A stretch of DNA of 64,000 nucleotides from Sphagnum compactum (Eukaryota). The stretch covers positions 12,142,213 to 12,206,212 of the forward strand of contig OZ234493.1 in assembly GCA_965153455.1 (NCBI GenBank). Direction: 5' to 3'. The translations under genes and the position numbers were made by a program. Below are positions 12,846 to 24,810 of this stretch, piece after piece. The first letter of the stretch is position 1. Every line of letters starts with the position of its first letter. Below the pieces are notes generated by a model, which was not told where the DNA came from, made no database searches, and worked only from the letters and a program-made list of their open reading frames with translations.

Positions 12846-14998
12846 AAATAGCCCTTCTTGTGGGGATTGAAGAACTGAGCATTCTACCCCAAATGCAAAA
12901 ATTGAGCTTTTCCCCCCTTCTTTTCATGCCTATCAAGTCCAAGAGGCTCAAGTCATTGATATGCACACAAGTATCCCACTAAGTACCAACAATATGTCAT
13001 ACATGTCATACATGTCACACACGTGGAAATGAGCCAATGTGTACACTTGGCAATAAGCTAATATGCATAAAACTCTGCCAACTCAGCCACTAGACAACAG
13101 CCAGGAATTCAAGCTAATTCACACAATGCACATGCATCAACATTTGGAAAAGGATTTCAAGATTGGACAATTGATATCATATGAATAGAATCACACATGG
13201 CAACAACATATACATAAGCCAGAATTCCACTTGTATACTCTATTCAATGGTTCACCCAAAACCCAATATGCCATTATTCACCTTCTCATACAAGCAATGA
13301 TTTTTTTCAACAAATTTTGTTGTTTTTTTTTAAAACCCAAAAAATTGAGATTTTTTAAAAAAAAAGTGTTTTTTCTAGTTTAAATTTTGACTAATTTCTC
13401 TAATTTTCTAGAAATTTTTATGCCAAAATTTGGATATCAAAATATTCAAAAAGGAAAAAAAAGAAAGAAAAGAAGGCATAATATCATAGTTGAAAAATCC
13501 CCCCAATGACTTTGATTGAAGTTGTACCCAAGTACTAGAATGTTTGAATGTGAAAATGTTGAACAAGTAGGAAAATCCCAATTTAAATGGCGCTTTGATC
13601 AATCACCAATTAGGTACAATTATGACACACATAACAACAATCCCCTAAAAAGATCAAAATTCTTTCACAAGATAAGGGGAAAAAATGGGATACAATGCTT
13701 GTTAACAACATCAATCAATGCATTGAATTAACATATGCAATAATAAACTAGTGCAAATAATTTGTTCTATTGTGCATGAAACTTGAGTGAATTGTTTTCA
13801 CTTAGCCATCCATTGATGAAAGTGTTAAATGCCATCGATGTCTTTACTACGCATCCTTGGAGTATGTCATTCCTTGTGTGTGTATGATGACTTCCATCCA
13901 TTACAATTGCAATGTTAATCACAAAGCACCATAGCATATACCATCCCTTACATTCCCTATTTAGGCCCCTTTAATAATTTGATCTTTATAGTCCCATCTT
14001 GTTGGTCAAGAGATTGCCCAACAAACTTCTCTTGAAGGTTTTTAAGGTTATAAGCATATGGGTTGAAAAAGGGAAGTGCTCCGATCAACAACCATCCAAA
14101 TAATGTTCAAGGATCGTGGACGACGGATTCCAAATGTGAAGGGTGTCATGAGGGTTGAGAATGAGGTTCGAGTCCAATGGAGATAAAGACATGTACCTAA
14201 AAGCATATGGGTTTGAAGCCTAATATCTTTGGGAGCATAAATAGTGAAGGAATCACAAGTTGAATAATAATATCTTTTTACTATATTATTAGTAAAGGCT
14301 TCCCCTATTTAGGGGAGTATTAAAAACATTAAAATATTTTGTGAAGGGCCAATCAAAGTGACCCATTGAAAAAAATAAAAATAAAAATAAAGCTTTGAGA
14401 TGTATCCACAACTAATTAATATGGATTGTTAATAAGGTATGTAAATAAGTAAATTAAGGGTATATAATAATTAGGTATTTGATTACAAAACGTATGTGAC
14501 AAGAAAAATAAATTCACAAAGACCTGGGCCAATCCAAATGGGGCATTTGCAAACAAACAAGAACAAGAACAAACATGTGAAGCACACCCCCAATAAGTCT
14601 ATCTAAAAAATAAAGGCTGGTTGGAGGGATTCACAAACTCGCTTAACCCTAATCCCCCCCCCCCCACTTCCCCACCAAACAAAATCCCTATTCACTTCAA
14701 TGGACTGACCTTACCTAGTACCTAGCCACACTCATGAGTTAGTGTTGTCCAAGTTGGGTAACCCAGGTAAATGGTGGGTGGTGGAAAAGGAGTTAGTACT
14801 TACCACCACCCATGACTCCAGAGGGGGCCACTATTCTCAAAAGAAAAAGTCATTGCTTGAAGATTCTGGATTGCATTGAAAAAAAGTGAATGAATTGAAT
14901 AAATTGCATTGAAAATTGTACACAAAAGGACTGCAGAAGTAAGTAACTCCAGATCCCTCTATGGACATGATGCACTCTCTTACCTTCTTCCCTCTTAA

Positions 14999-15236
14999 GA
15001 GCATCTCCAGCGGTGCTCAGTATGTGACCCTGACTGAGAAAATATTAGCATCTCCAGTGGTGCTCAGTATGTGACCCTGAGGGAATATTAGCATCTCCAG
15101 TGGTGCTCAGTATGTGACCCTGAGGAAATATTAGCATCTCCAACGGTGCTCAATATTAGCATCTCCAGCGGTGCTCAGTATGTGACCCTGAGAAACTATT
15201 AGCATCTCCGGCGGTGCTCAGTATGTGACCACCCTG
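14999..15236 (+). repeat. Six tandem copies (about 43-bp period, one truncated) of the MITE left TIR
   Basis: AGCATCTCC.G.GGTGCTCAGTATGTGACCCTGA followed by an about 9-bp AATATT linker, at about 15000, 15047, 15090, 15133 (short), 15158 and 15201. Confidence 0.9.
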
Positions 15237-15267
15237 GGAAAATAATTTTCACATCCAAGTTTAGTTA

Positions 15268-18200
15268 GGGTGAACTGGCCCATCACCAAACCGAGGCCGG
15301 TCACCGAGCACCCATGTAGTGCAAGAACTAACCTATGTTAGTTAGGACCAAAAAATTGCTTATGGGCGTTGTCTTTTTAACCCATTATCAAACGCTTGGT
15401 TTAGAAGAAAATTGTTCTAAATTTTTCATATCAGCCATCAAATTTTAGTGTTTGGTATTAGGGGTTTAGGTGGACACACATTTGTAAAAAAATTGAATAA
15501 TATTACAAGGGATTAGTTTAGTAATGGGCCATGAGTTTATTTTCATTATGCAAAGGGGTTTAGGGTGGGAGGGGGGAATATGAAGGGTACTTTTAATGTT
15601 TAGTCATGGAAAAAATTGGTCCAATTTTACACCAGCCCCAAGTTTTGAATGGGAATGAGTGTTTGGTCATAGGCAATTGGAATGCACACTAAAATGGGTA
15701 TCACCATGGTGATGGGGTGCAAAGATCATGTTAAATAGCACACAACTAACCATCAACAAGGATTAGGGTTTATAAGAATCCAAGAATAGTAGGTACACAT
15801 TAGTTATGACTTCTAATTTCCCCCCAAATTCAAGCAAATCCAATTCTCACCAAAATTAATTTGTCAAATTCACGAAGCAAGGTTTGGATTCACAATCCTA
15901 TCTTTCAAATTCACAAGCAAAGTTCTTTCAGCATGTCAAAGCTTCCAATTTGTGAGAGAGATAGTCTGAAATCTTTCATCAACGTTTTGAAAGCATATGG
16001 GCTAGACTAGCAAAGGGAAAGTAACATAGAAGTTGTAGAGAATTCTAGATCAGAAATAAAAGTTTTAGCATATCAACCAGAACAAGGAGGGCATCTTAGA
16101 GTAGCCAAAGAGGAACTACAAGAATTAGAGGTAGATCAACAAAATCTAAATAGTAGAATAGCCATTGAAGATCTACAACAACTTAAACATCAAGGATTAG
16201 ATCCCTATGCTATCAAAGAAGAGATAGGACTCAAGATTCAGATGTGGATGTAAAAGGACAACTAAAAAACTTGCAATAGATCAGTTTTACAACCAAAAGT
16301 TCAAGAAGTTTTTATGTTACCGCTGGGTGCATAGTTCCATAATTCGTGGATACAATCTAGGTAGTCACAAGAGAAGCAGATTCTATCCAGCTTCAAGAAA
16401 TTGTAGTTTGTTCCACACACCTACTGCATGTACAAAAGCAACAAACCATGATTTTGTTTGGGATGACTTTGAATAGTTCTATGCATTGATAATTTCTTCT
16501 CAACAACTAGAAACATATGCATTTCAGACAAACCTTGACTTGTCATACTTCCTTGAAAGTTGGGCAAAATATAAAAGATTCAAGTTTGTACCTGTTGTAG
16601 GGCCAAATAACACACCCCTAATGTGTTGGAGGTTGGGACCAGGGGGATCTAAATCATGATAATCAATGTACCTCATAGGAGGCGAAGTGGATTGTAGGAG
16701 GATCTAAACCAAGACAAAAAGAATGTCCCACCATCTTGCGGACAAGGACCAACAAGAAAATAGAAGAAAGTTTATTATGTGATCTTCAAATCACTAGAGG
16801 CAAATGGACCAATGAAACATTGGAGGAGGCCACGGATGCAATTGAAAATGGGACAATTTCATTGTGGAAAGTAAGTAGGCATTGGAACTTACCTTTTACC
16901 TCATTGTTTAATCATTTGTATGGGAAAACAAGATCTAGGAAACCTGGACTAGTAGGCGTGTTAATAGTAAAAGAAGATCAGGCTATGGTTGCTTGGGTTT
17001 TTTCTATGTAGGAAGTTGGGCCTATCAATTAGCCTACAATAGTTAAAAATGAAAGTGACAAAATTTACTCAAACAAGGCCAACACCTTTTCGAGGAGGGG
17101 TACCAGGGAACTCTTGGTGGTATTGGTTCAAGAGGAGACATCATGAACTCAACATTCGTCAAGTTGAGGGATTGGATATTAGCTGATCACAAGGGCTGAC
17201 CATATCTAGAATTCTAATGAAACAAGCATCCAAGTAATAAGACAATCAAGAACAAGGGTTATTGCAAAATGAGGTTCACACCAGGTGTACAACACTATCC
17301 CAAAATCTAAGGAGTAGTTGACTGTTAACTATGTGGTCAATGCAGCAGGAACAACATTGCTAGGGATTTACATATTTTGAAGAAAGAGGCTACGTGACGA
17401 TTACATTTAACTTTGCAAACCAAGAACTTGTATGGTTATGCAATCAAAGGCATGGATGACTACCTTCCTTTTCAAAGAATTTTTATCTTTTTTCAAAAGG
17501 TTTATACCAAGTGGAATATCCATAACAAATAGACATATGTTCATCTTGGATGGGCATCGATCCCATGTCACCCTTGAGGCAATTAAACAAGCTCAAGAGT
17601 TTGGGTGGATATGATTACTCTACCTTTGCATACATCTCATGCACTTCAACCCTTAGATGTGGCTTGTTTCAAGCCTTTCAAAATTGCTTTCAGAAAGGAA
17701 AGAAACATAGCAATGGTTAAGAGGAATTACACTGAACTAGATAAGATAACATTGGCAGGGTGGGTAGACAAAACACTAAACCTAGCACTTACAAAACAAA
17801 ATATCATTTCAAGGTTCAAAGGTATAAGGATTTGGCCACTTAACCCTAGGGCTATGGATTAAAAAATTGGCCCTAATATTTTGTACACATTATAAAATCA
17901 AGCCAGAGAAGAAGAAGAACCAGAGTAGGATGATGGCGACGAAGATTGGATAAAATATATAATTATAGAGGAGTTCATCAACATAGGCTCAACAACAAAA
18001 GTTTCAAATATTACTAGTCTATTTGAAGATCAACCTAGGTATTATGTGAACATGCCTAAAATTCATATAATCATTAAACATGCATTTTTAATAGAGTCAA
18101 ATAACATGGTTGAAAATTTGGCACAACCTTCATTGCATGAAACTGTATAGTTTAGAAATTTTGAAAGTTCAACTCAAGTGGCATCAACACAAGGGTGTCA

Positions 18201-20906
18201 CGGTTTGCTGTCATTACCACATCTACTTGCAAGAAGGACCAATGGAAGATAACGATTATTTGATTATTCTCAAAACCATGTTGTAACATCAAAAAAAAAA
18301 TGAAGATTATGTGACAAACGGCAATGGATAGGGAGGCAATGAAGCAGATTCAAGAAAGCAGAAAGAAAGAAAGAGAAGAGAAGCAAGCAAGAAAAACACT
18401 TACATTGTTGACTGCAATTGAAAAATTAGCTAAAAGGGAACTTGTAAAACAATAACAAGCTAATTTCATTGTAGCTTGGTCATCCTTAGTAGTTAAAAAG
18501 GCAGGAAACAAATTTCATTCCAATTTCAAGGTAGGTTTGCAAGCTCACCTTCTTGGATACAGGGCTGTGAATCTTGGTGACAAAACACAAGTGCAGAAAC
18601 AAGCTCAACAACGAGCCTTGGCTAGAAAGGAAGTTGTAGCATCCTTGCAACAACCACAAATGGACAACTAAGTTACTAGGGTGGAATAACTAAAGGGTGG
18701 AACAATTGTAGCTGAGGATGAATAAGATATCAAAAGGAATAATTAATGCAGGGGTGGAATAGTTAAAAGAAGGAACAACGATTGTTAAGGTGGAACAACT
18801 AGGAAGAGGAACAACTTTTGCTAAGCTGGAATGGTTAAAAGAAAGAGCAGGCATAACTGAAGATGAACAAGAAGTCAGGAGGAGTAGTTGTTGCTAAGGT
18901 AAAATAACTAGGAAGAGTAGTAGCTACTGCTGATGATGAACAATGCTTTTTGGTGATGTTAAGATTGAAGGATCTTCAATGATCCTATAATTGTAGATGT
19001 GATGCAAATTTACATGTAATTAACCATATATAGAAATGATTATCTTACAAATCTCTCATTACAAACATAGTAGATTGGATCAACGGTTGTGTGTTTTTTG
19101 GTGATGTCAAGATTAAAGGATCTCTAATCTTGTAACTCCATAATGTCAAATGAATTTACATGCATTTTTTTACATTGAAGTAATCAAAGTAGCACCACTA
19201 ACATCCACAATAATTTGATTCAATTGTAAAGAAACTTATCTATACATTCGTGGAAATCACTTTAGTCACTTACTTGAAAGCTAGACCACTAGCATTATGT
19301 ACAATCCAAATCATCACAACAATCCCCATTATAGAAATGTATTTTCTCCATCACATTTATGATCATCTTCAACCCAAATGTAAGTACACTACAACAAAAA
19401 GTAGACATTTCAGCTAATGAAGATGAATTTTGAATCGAAGACTAACACTTCAATTGAGATCAATGAAGGGCAAGCTTATGTTCAGCTGCCACTAGTTTGG
19501 AAGATCCAAAAAAGCCTACTTCAAACGGTGCACCAAGTGCAAGAAACGAAATGGGAAAAACAAGACCTACAATAAGCAACAACCAAGATCATCCACTGCT
19601 GAACTACTTATTAAAAATCACACCATCAAAATTGAACAATAATTTCATGTTGCTTGATCCAAAATTACAAATGCAAAAGTTTTGACAAAAAAAATTACTA
19701 TTGTAATGTGCTTTGATTTGGCTCCACCCCATTAATCTCCTAATTGGCAAAGGGACATCAGAATAAAAAAACCAAACAACCAAGCTGTGCACTCTTTTTG
19801 TTGCAAAAAAAATTGAACAATAAATTCGAACCAAGGAGGTTGGAGCTCCTTTCAATCTTTGAAATTGGGGCCTGCCTACTTGCAAGAGATTCGCGCATAT
19901 GCTAGAGCTTCACACTCATGTACTTGCAGCACAGAGAGGCCCACGGGAATTGAGTGGGGGGAGCCCAACCTGTGCGTGAGGAGGAAACGGACAAGGGAGT
20001 GAGAGTTAGGTTGGGGGGAACTCGACTCGTGCACGAAGAGGAAACAAACAGGGGAGCGAAAGTCGGGTTGGGGGGAACTTGACCCATGCATGGAGAGGAG
20101 ACATACAAGGGAGTGAGAGTTGGGTTGGGGGAACTCAACCCGTGCACAGAGAGGAGACGGACAACACAATGAGAATTGAGTTGGGAGGAGCTCGATTTGT
20201 GCGCGAAAAGGAGATGGAAGGGGGAGTGAGCATCGAGTTGAGGGGAACCCAACCCATGCAGAGAGGAGATCGATGAGGGAGTTGAGGCATGGGGGTTGCA
20301 TGCTAAAAGGAGATAAACGGGGGGAAAGCTCAAAAGGGGGGAAAGCTCCGAGACGTGATATGGAATGCAATCGTGGGAATTTGACCCGCGCATGTAAAGG
20401 AGACGGAAGGGGGCAAGGGGTAAGGGGTTTCTGGGTCAACGTTGCATGAGAAATCGATAGCTAATTTAGGGTTTAACAAACCTTTAGGGTTTGATAACCA
20501 AACATTGTTTTGCCTTGTTTTAGGTTTTTAATCTCAATGCTTGAATAAAGGTGTTTAGTTTTTGCAACAAACATGATTAGTTTGAGCATGAAATTGTTTG
20601 GTGATAGGGTAAATTTGTGACATGTGTCAGTGCCAAGGTGCTCATTGATGGCATTTCCATTGCTTGAACATAGATAGAAAAAATATTTGATGACTGTTTT
20701 TTTTTTTTGGACAATGAGACCGAAAACTTCCAGAGGCCATGTCTTTTGCATTTCTAGTCCAAATCCAATTATCTAAAGCGCCCTAGGTGCGCCCAGAGCT
20801 CCTCTATAACTCATCTTTGGACCCCAGAGGCAACCGACTAGTGAGGTCTGCCCAGATCACAAAGTTCCTCCGTGTTTTAAGTGTACTATGACCGGCCAGT
20901 TTACCC
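15268..20906 (+). mobile_element. Tc1/mariner-superfamily pogo-like DNA transposon (about 5.6 kb), decayed
   Basis: TIRs GGGTGAACTGGCC and GGCCAGTTTACCC (12/13 match), TA duplication at 15266-15267 and 20907-20908, and an internal transposase remnant. Confidence 0.85.
16790..17862 (+). pseudogene. pogo/DDE_1 transposase pseudogene (HTH_psq/CENP-B-like N-terminus plus DDE domain)
   Basis: KWTNETLEEATDAIENG...SRHWNLP.TSL..HLYG; KAWMTT.LF..F; LDGHRSHVT; LPLHTSHALQPLDVACFKPFK; GIWPLNP-like end. Many stops and frameshifts. Confidence 0.88.
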
Positions 20907-23900
20907 TATATACTCTTTTGCAACCCCACCCATAAAACTGAAACTGCGACAGCAAATAAATAAATAGGTGGGGGACTACTAATAGCAAACCACCTGGACT
21001 ACTAATCATGATATGTTGGGCCAATCAAAAACACTGAGCAGCAGTCAGGTCACATTTATTACACTCTTTTCTGCAGGTGCACAGCAGGGTCAACCTGAGC
21101 ATTTATGCGGAGCCTAAACCATTTTCGTGAGCCAAACCAGCATATATGTTGGCTCTTCTTCATCCAATTGTACTGTGCAGGATCACATACTGAGTACTAT
21201 TGGAGATGCTCTAACATCATATGTGCCCATAGTTGTCATTGCAGGCACTGGGCAGTGCAAAAGTATTACTTGCTTCTTTTTTTTTTTCTTTTCTTTCCAT
21301 GACTGTCCTTTTGCCCATCCAAGATGTGTCTGGTGCTGCCCAACAAATCTTTGTTCTGCACAATACACATTTTGGGTCTTGTTATGCACAGTTTGAGCTA
21401 AAGAGCTTGTAATGGAAACCCCGAGATGCTAAACATCATCCTGTTTAAATTTAAGAAAAAAAAAGAAAAAAAAGACCTCCCACAAGCATTTTTATTTGGA
21501 GAAAACCCATTATCAATTGTAAGAACCCGTGGGGCATTTCAAAAGACAGGTGTGAGCATTTGGATCTTCCGAAATGTCCCATGTCATTCTGAGTTATTCT
21601 TGCTTTATGAACACTACTACATAGTACACACACTTGGACACACACTTTGCTACTTATTTGTGGGAACAACAAAGTTGAAACAACTTGAAGGCAACAAAAA
21701 TAGGGAAAAAATAAAAATAAAATAAAAATAAAAATAATAAATAGAAAAGAAAGTATAAACCTAAAAAGGAAGGAAAGTTGGGAAAATGTGCCAAAATGTA
21801 CCAAGCAAACTCACATGCTAAGTTTTGAAGATTTGTGGCTCAAGTTCTTTGGTTCTTTCTTTTGGGGGTTAGGTGGCATATTCATGTCCTTAGCTTTTCA
21901 TATATAGTTTACATGTATATATTCCCTCCCTATGTGATGGTGGCTTTTGCACATTGTCAGCCCCACCCAACTCTTTCCCTCCCAAGGGACCACTCTTGGA
22001 CATAGGAAAGGAACCGAAATTAGTTGTTGTATTTTCATAAAAGAATTTATGAAATTCATTCAACCATAGTTGTTGTGTGACAATTTCAATTCCATTTGTT
22101 AGTTTCATCTTGTGATCTGCATTTTTTTGGGGGTAGGGGATGAATTTCTTCATTGCGGTGACCCAAAAAAAATAATGAAAGAAAATTAATTCAAAAAAAT
22201 TTAGTGTAAATTTGGAGAAGATTTTCTAAATTTTTCTAAACAAAAGATTGGAAAAATAAAAAATAAAATCCCCTACTTGTGATCAATTCCATTCTTGAAA
22301 ATATATTTCAATTTGTGCGTTGATTCATTCTCAAAATTCATGTTTGTCATTTGAAAATCACTTTCATCCACATCAAATTTCATCTCTATTGCATTGACAT
22401 TTTCATCTAGAAGGTTTAGGTTCGTTGTTGATTGTGACAACCTTTTTGCATTTTCATCCATTTTCATCCATTTGATATCTTTTATCATTAGCATCATATT
22501 TCTCATCCACCCATGTGATCAAACCCGGAATTTATTTATTTCACAACAATTTTTTTTTCTATTGATTACTCTTCCCACCTTCTCTCCCTCCACATTTTTT
22601 TTCTTTCCAATCCCCAAAAGTGGCACTTGGCAAAAGCAAGGCAAATGAGAGTGACTTGGCCAAAACAAGGGTGAAAAACCGAAATAAAGAGCTAAAGGTG
22701 CATTCGCACTTCGTGTAATGGACTTTAGGGTTGAGTCCCCTAACACCATGCTAGCCATGTAGGACTTAAACCTAGTTACCATTAAAATTTTATGTTAAAA
22801 TTAACATTCACTTAACGTTAAGCTATCGCCCATTTAACATTGGGTGCCAATTAGGATGTCACCTAAATTTTCATTTACCATTGACTTAACATCAAGTGTG
22901 AATGCACCATAAGTTGCCTAGTGGCAACAAGTGACAACTAACGTTTGTGGTGGGTGGTGCCACCCGATGATCACCACCCCAATCATCCAACAAAAAAATT
23001 CCATAGCCTAATCCTCTAACTAATCCAACAATTGTATACTACAAAAATCAATATTGATCGATAATATTTCAACCATAAGCTTATTACCATAGTAGCCTAG
23101 CAGGTTCAGCACTTTGATGCTGAATATTTTAATGTAATTTTCTCCTACGATTCCAACATAACCGTTAAGAAATTAACTATTTGTTGAGTATACCTTAATA
23201 ATTTCTCAAAAGTCCTGAAATTTTTTGTTATAATTATTTAGTGCCCAACTTAGATATTATAATTTAAATGTCACTAATTATAAAAAGAATCTTCAAGAAT
23301 ATTATGCCAAAAACAATCTTTAGATAACAAAAAAACAATGTGAACAAAAAACATTGAAAGTTGCACTTTTGTTTTAGGTGTTGGACACATGGATTTTGAA
23401 AGAGAAGCCGACCCTAAGAAGGTTAGGGTGAAAAGTAGGTAACAATTAATTATAAAATATTAAACCCAATTAAAAAATAAATCTCTCAATGTATATTATT
23501 ATGGAATTGGAACCAAAAATTAATGAACCAAAAAGAAGGGTAAAGTGAGTTCTTTACTTGGCATAAAGAATTGATAGAATTTTGCTTTTTTTTTCCATCA
23601 AGAAAAAGCGACGATTCTTGTTGAGGAGAGGAGGCACCTTATGTGTAAGGTCATCGAGAGAAAATTTTACCGACAATAAGTTAGGGCACCCTCCATTTTA
23701 CTTAAAAATTACAATTGTATTGGTTCTTTGCCTCTAAAGTAAGAGCTTTGAAAACAACAATTTCCTTCAATAGTTAACTTTCAGAATCCGTAAAATAATG
23801 GAAAACATGAATAGATTAGTATGTAAAGCACACCAAACACAAAATGGGCAAATTCCCATTATGTTAACAACTTTGGTGAATGGCAAATTGTCATGGCCTT

Positions 23901-24482
23901 TGCAATGACTACAGGCAATGACATGAGAACCTTGGGAACAACCTGGGAACATTGTTGGAACATCATGGGAATTTTGTCATTTGGACTCGTGAGAACATCA
24001 TAAGAAAAAACATGAAAAGGAAAAATCATGAAAACCAAACTAGGCAACCTTTTGGGTAAAATGTAATGTTCTAGTTTGGAAGATTATACATCATAATCTT
24101 TTATCCTGAAATTATTATTAACTTCCTCTATAATACATGTTTGGAAGATGATGAAGTTTTTATTCAAGTAATAATAATAAGTGGCAAGTTGAAGAGCACC
24201 AATTTTTTCACCCAACATAAGTAAAGGTTTTATATTAGTAAAAAATTCTTTTTTTGGAATTTTTTTTTGGGGGGGGGGGTATATTTTGGAAAATTTCGCC
24301 AATATTTCGACCTCCCAAAAAAATTGCAAAAAGGAATCCTTGGTAGGTAGGTAGGTAGGTAGGTAGAATCTAGATAGGTTAGTAATAAGTGAAAAACAAA
24401 AGAGAGAGAAAAAAAGAAACCCACCACAGAAAAGTAAAACAACAAGGAGTGTGTCACACTATGGCCTTGTCATTTATACATT

Positions 24483-24810
24483 ATTAAAAAGTATCTTAAG
24501 CCAAAAGAAGAAGAATTATGAAAACTCAAATATATATTTCACCATGCAAAAAATATAAGTAATCTTCACAAAAAAAAAATCCTCCAAAAGAAACTCAAAA
24601 TCCTTCAAGATATTATAACTCAAGTTTTCAACACAAGCCAAAATACCATCTTTCAAAAATCCTCATATAAAAATAATAAATAGACCTATTATTATTATTA
24701 TTATTACCTAGTCTGAGGGGCCTATAAAAAATCCCTTGAAGCTACTATACTCTATAATGAATCTAAACACAATGATATATCCGTGCCTACTACCAAGGCA
24801 AAGGCCAAAC
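24483..24810 (+). repeat. Dispersed AT-rich repeat ending in a GC hairpin (copy 1; inverted copy at about 57310-57615)
   Basis: Colinear with the reverse complement of 57310-57615, e.g. CTTTCAAAAATCCTCATATAAAAATA and AAGCTACTATACTCTAT.AATGAATCTAAACACAAT. Confidence 0.85.

Larger units (their letters stand above)
14999..21211. mobile_element. PIF/Harbinger (Tourist-like) MITE, split by a nested pogo-like element; own sequence about 14999-15267 plus 20907-21211
   Basis: Left end GAGCATCTCCAGCGGTGCTCAGTATGTGACCCTG. Reverse complement of right end GAGCATCTCCAATAGTACTCAGTATGTGATCCTG. TAA target-site duplication at 14996-14998 and 21212-21214. Confidence 0.88.

Noticed and set aside
14999-15236. 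CRISPR array
   Set aside because: Linkers are only about 9 bp and nearly identical, the repeat equals a MITE TIR, the context is eukaryotic and there are no cas genes.
19876-20439. 187-aa and 163-aa Pro/Ser-rich ORFs
   Set aside because: They arise from degenerate GA-rich internal repeats of the pogo-like element.
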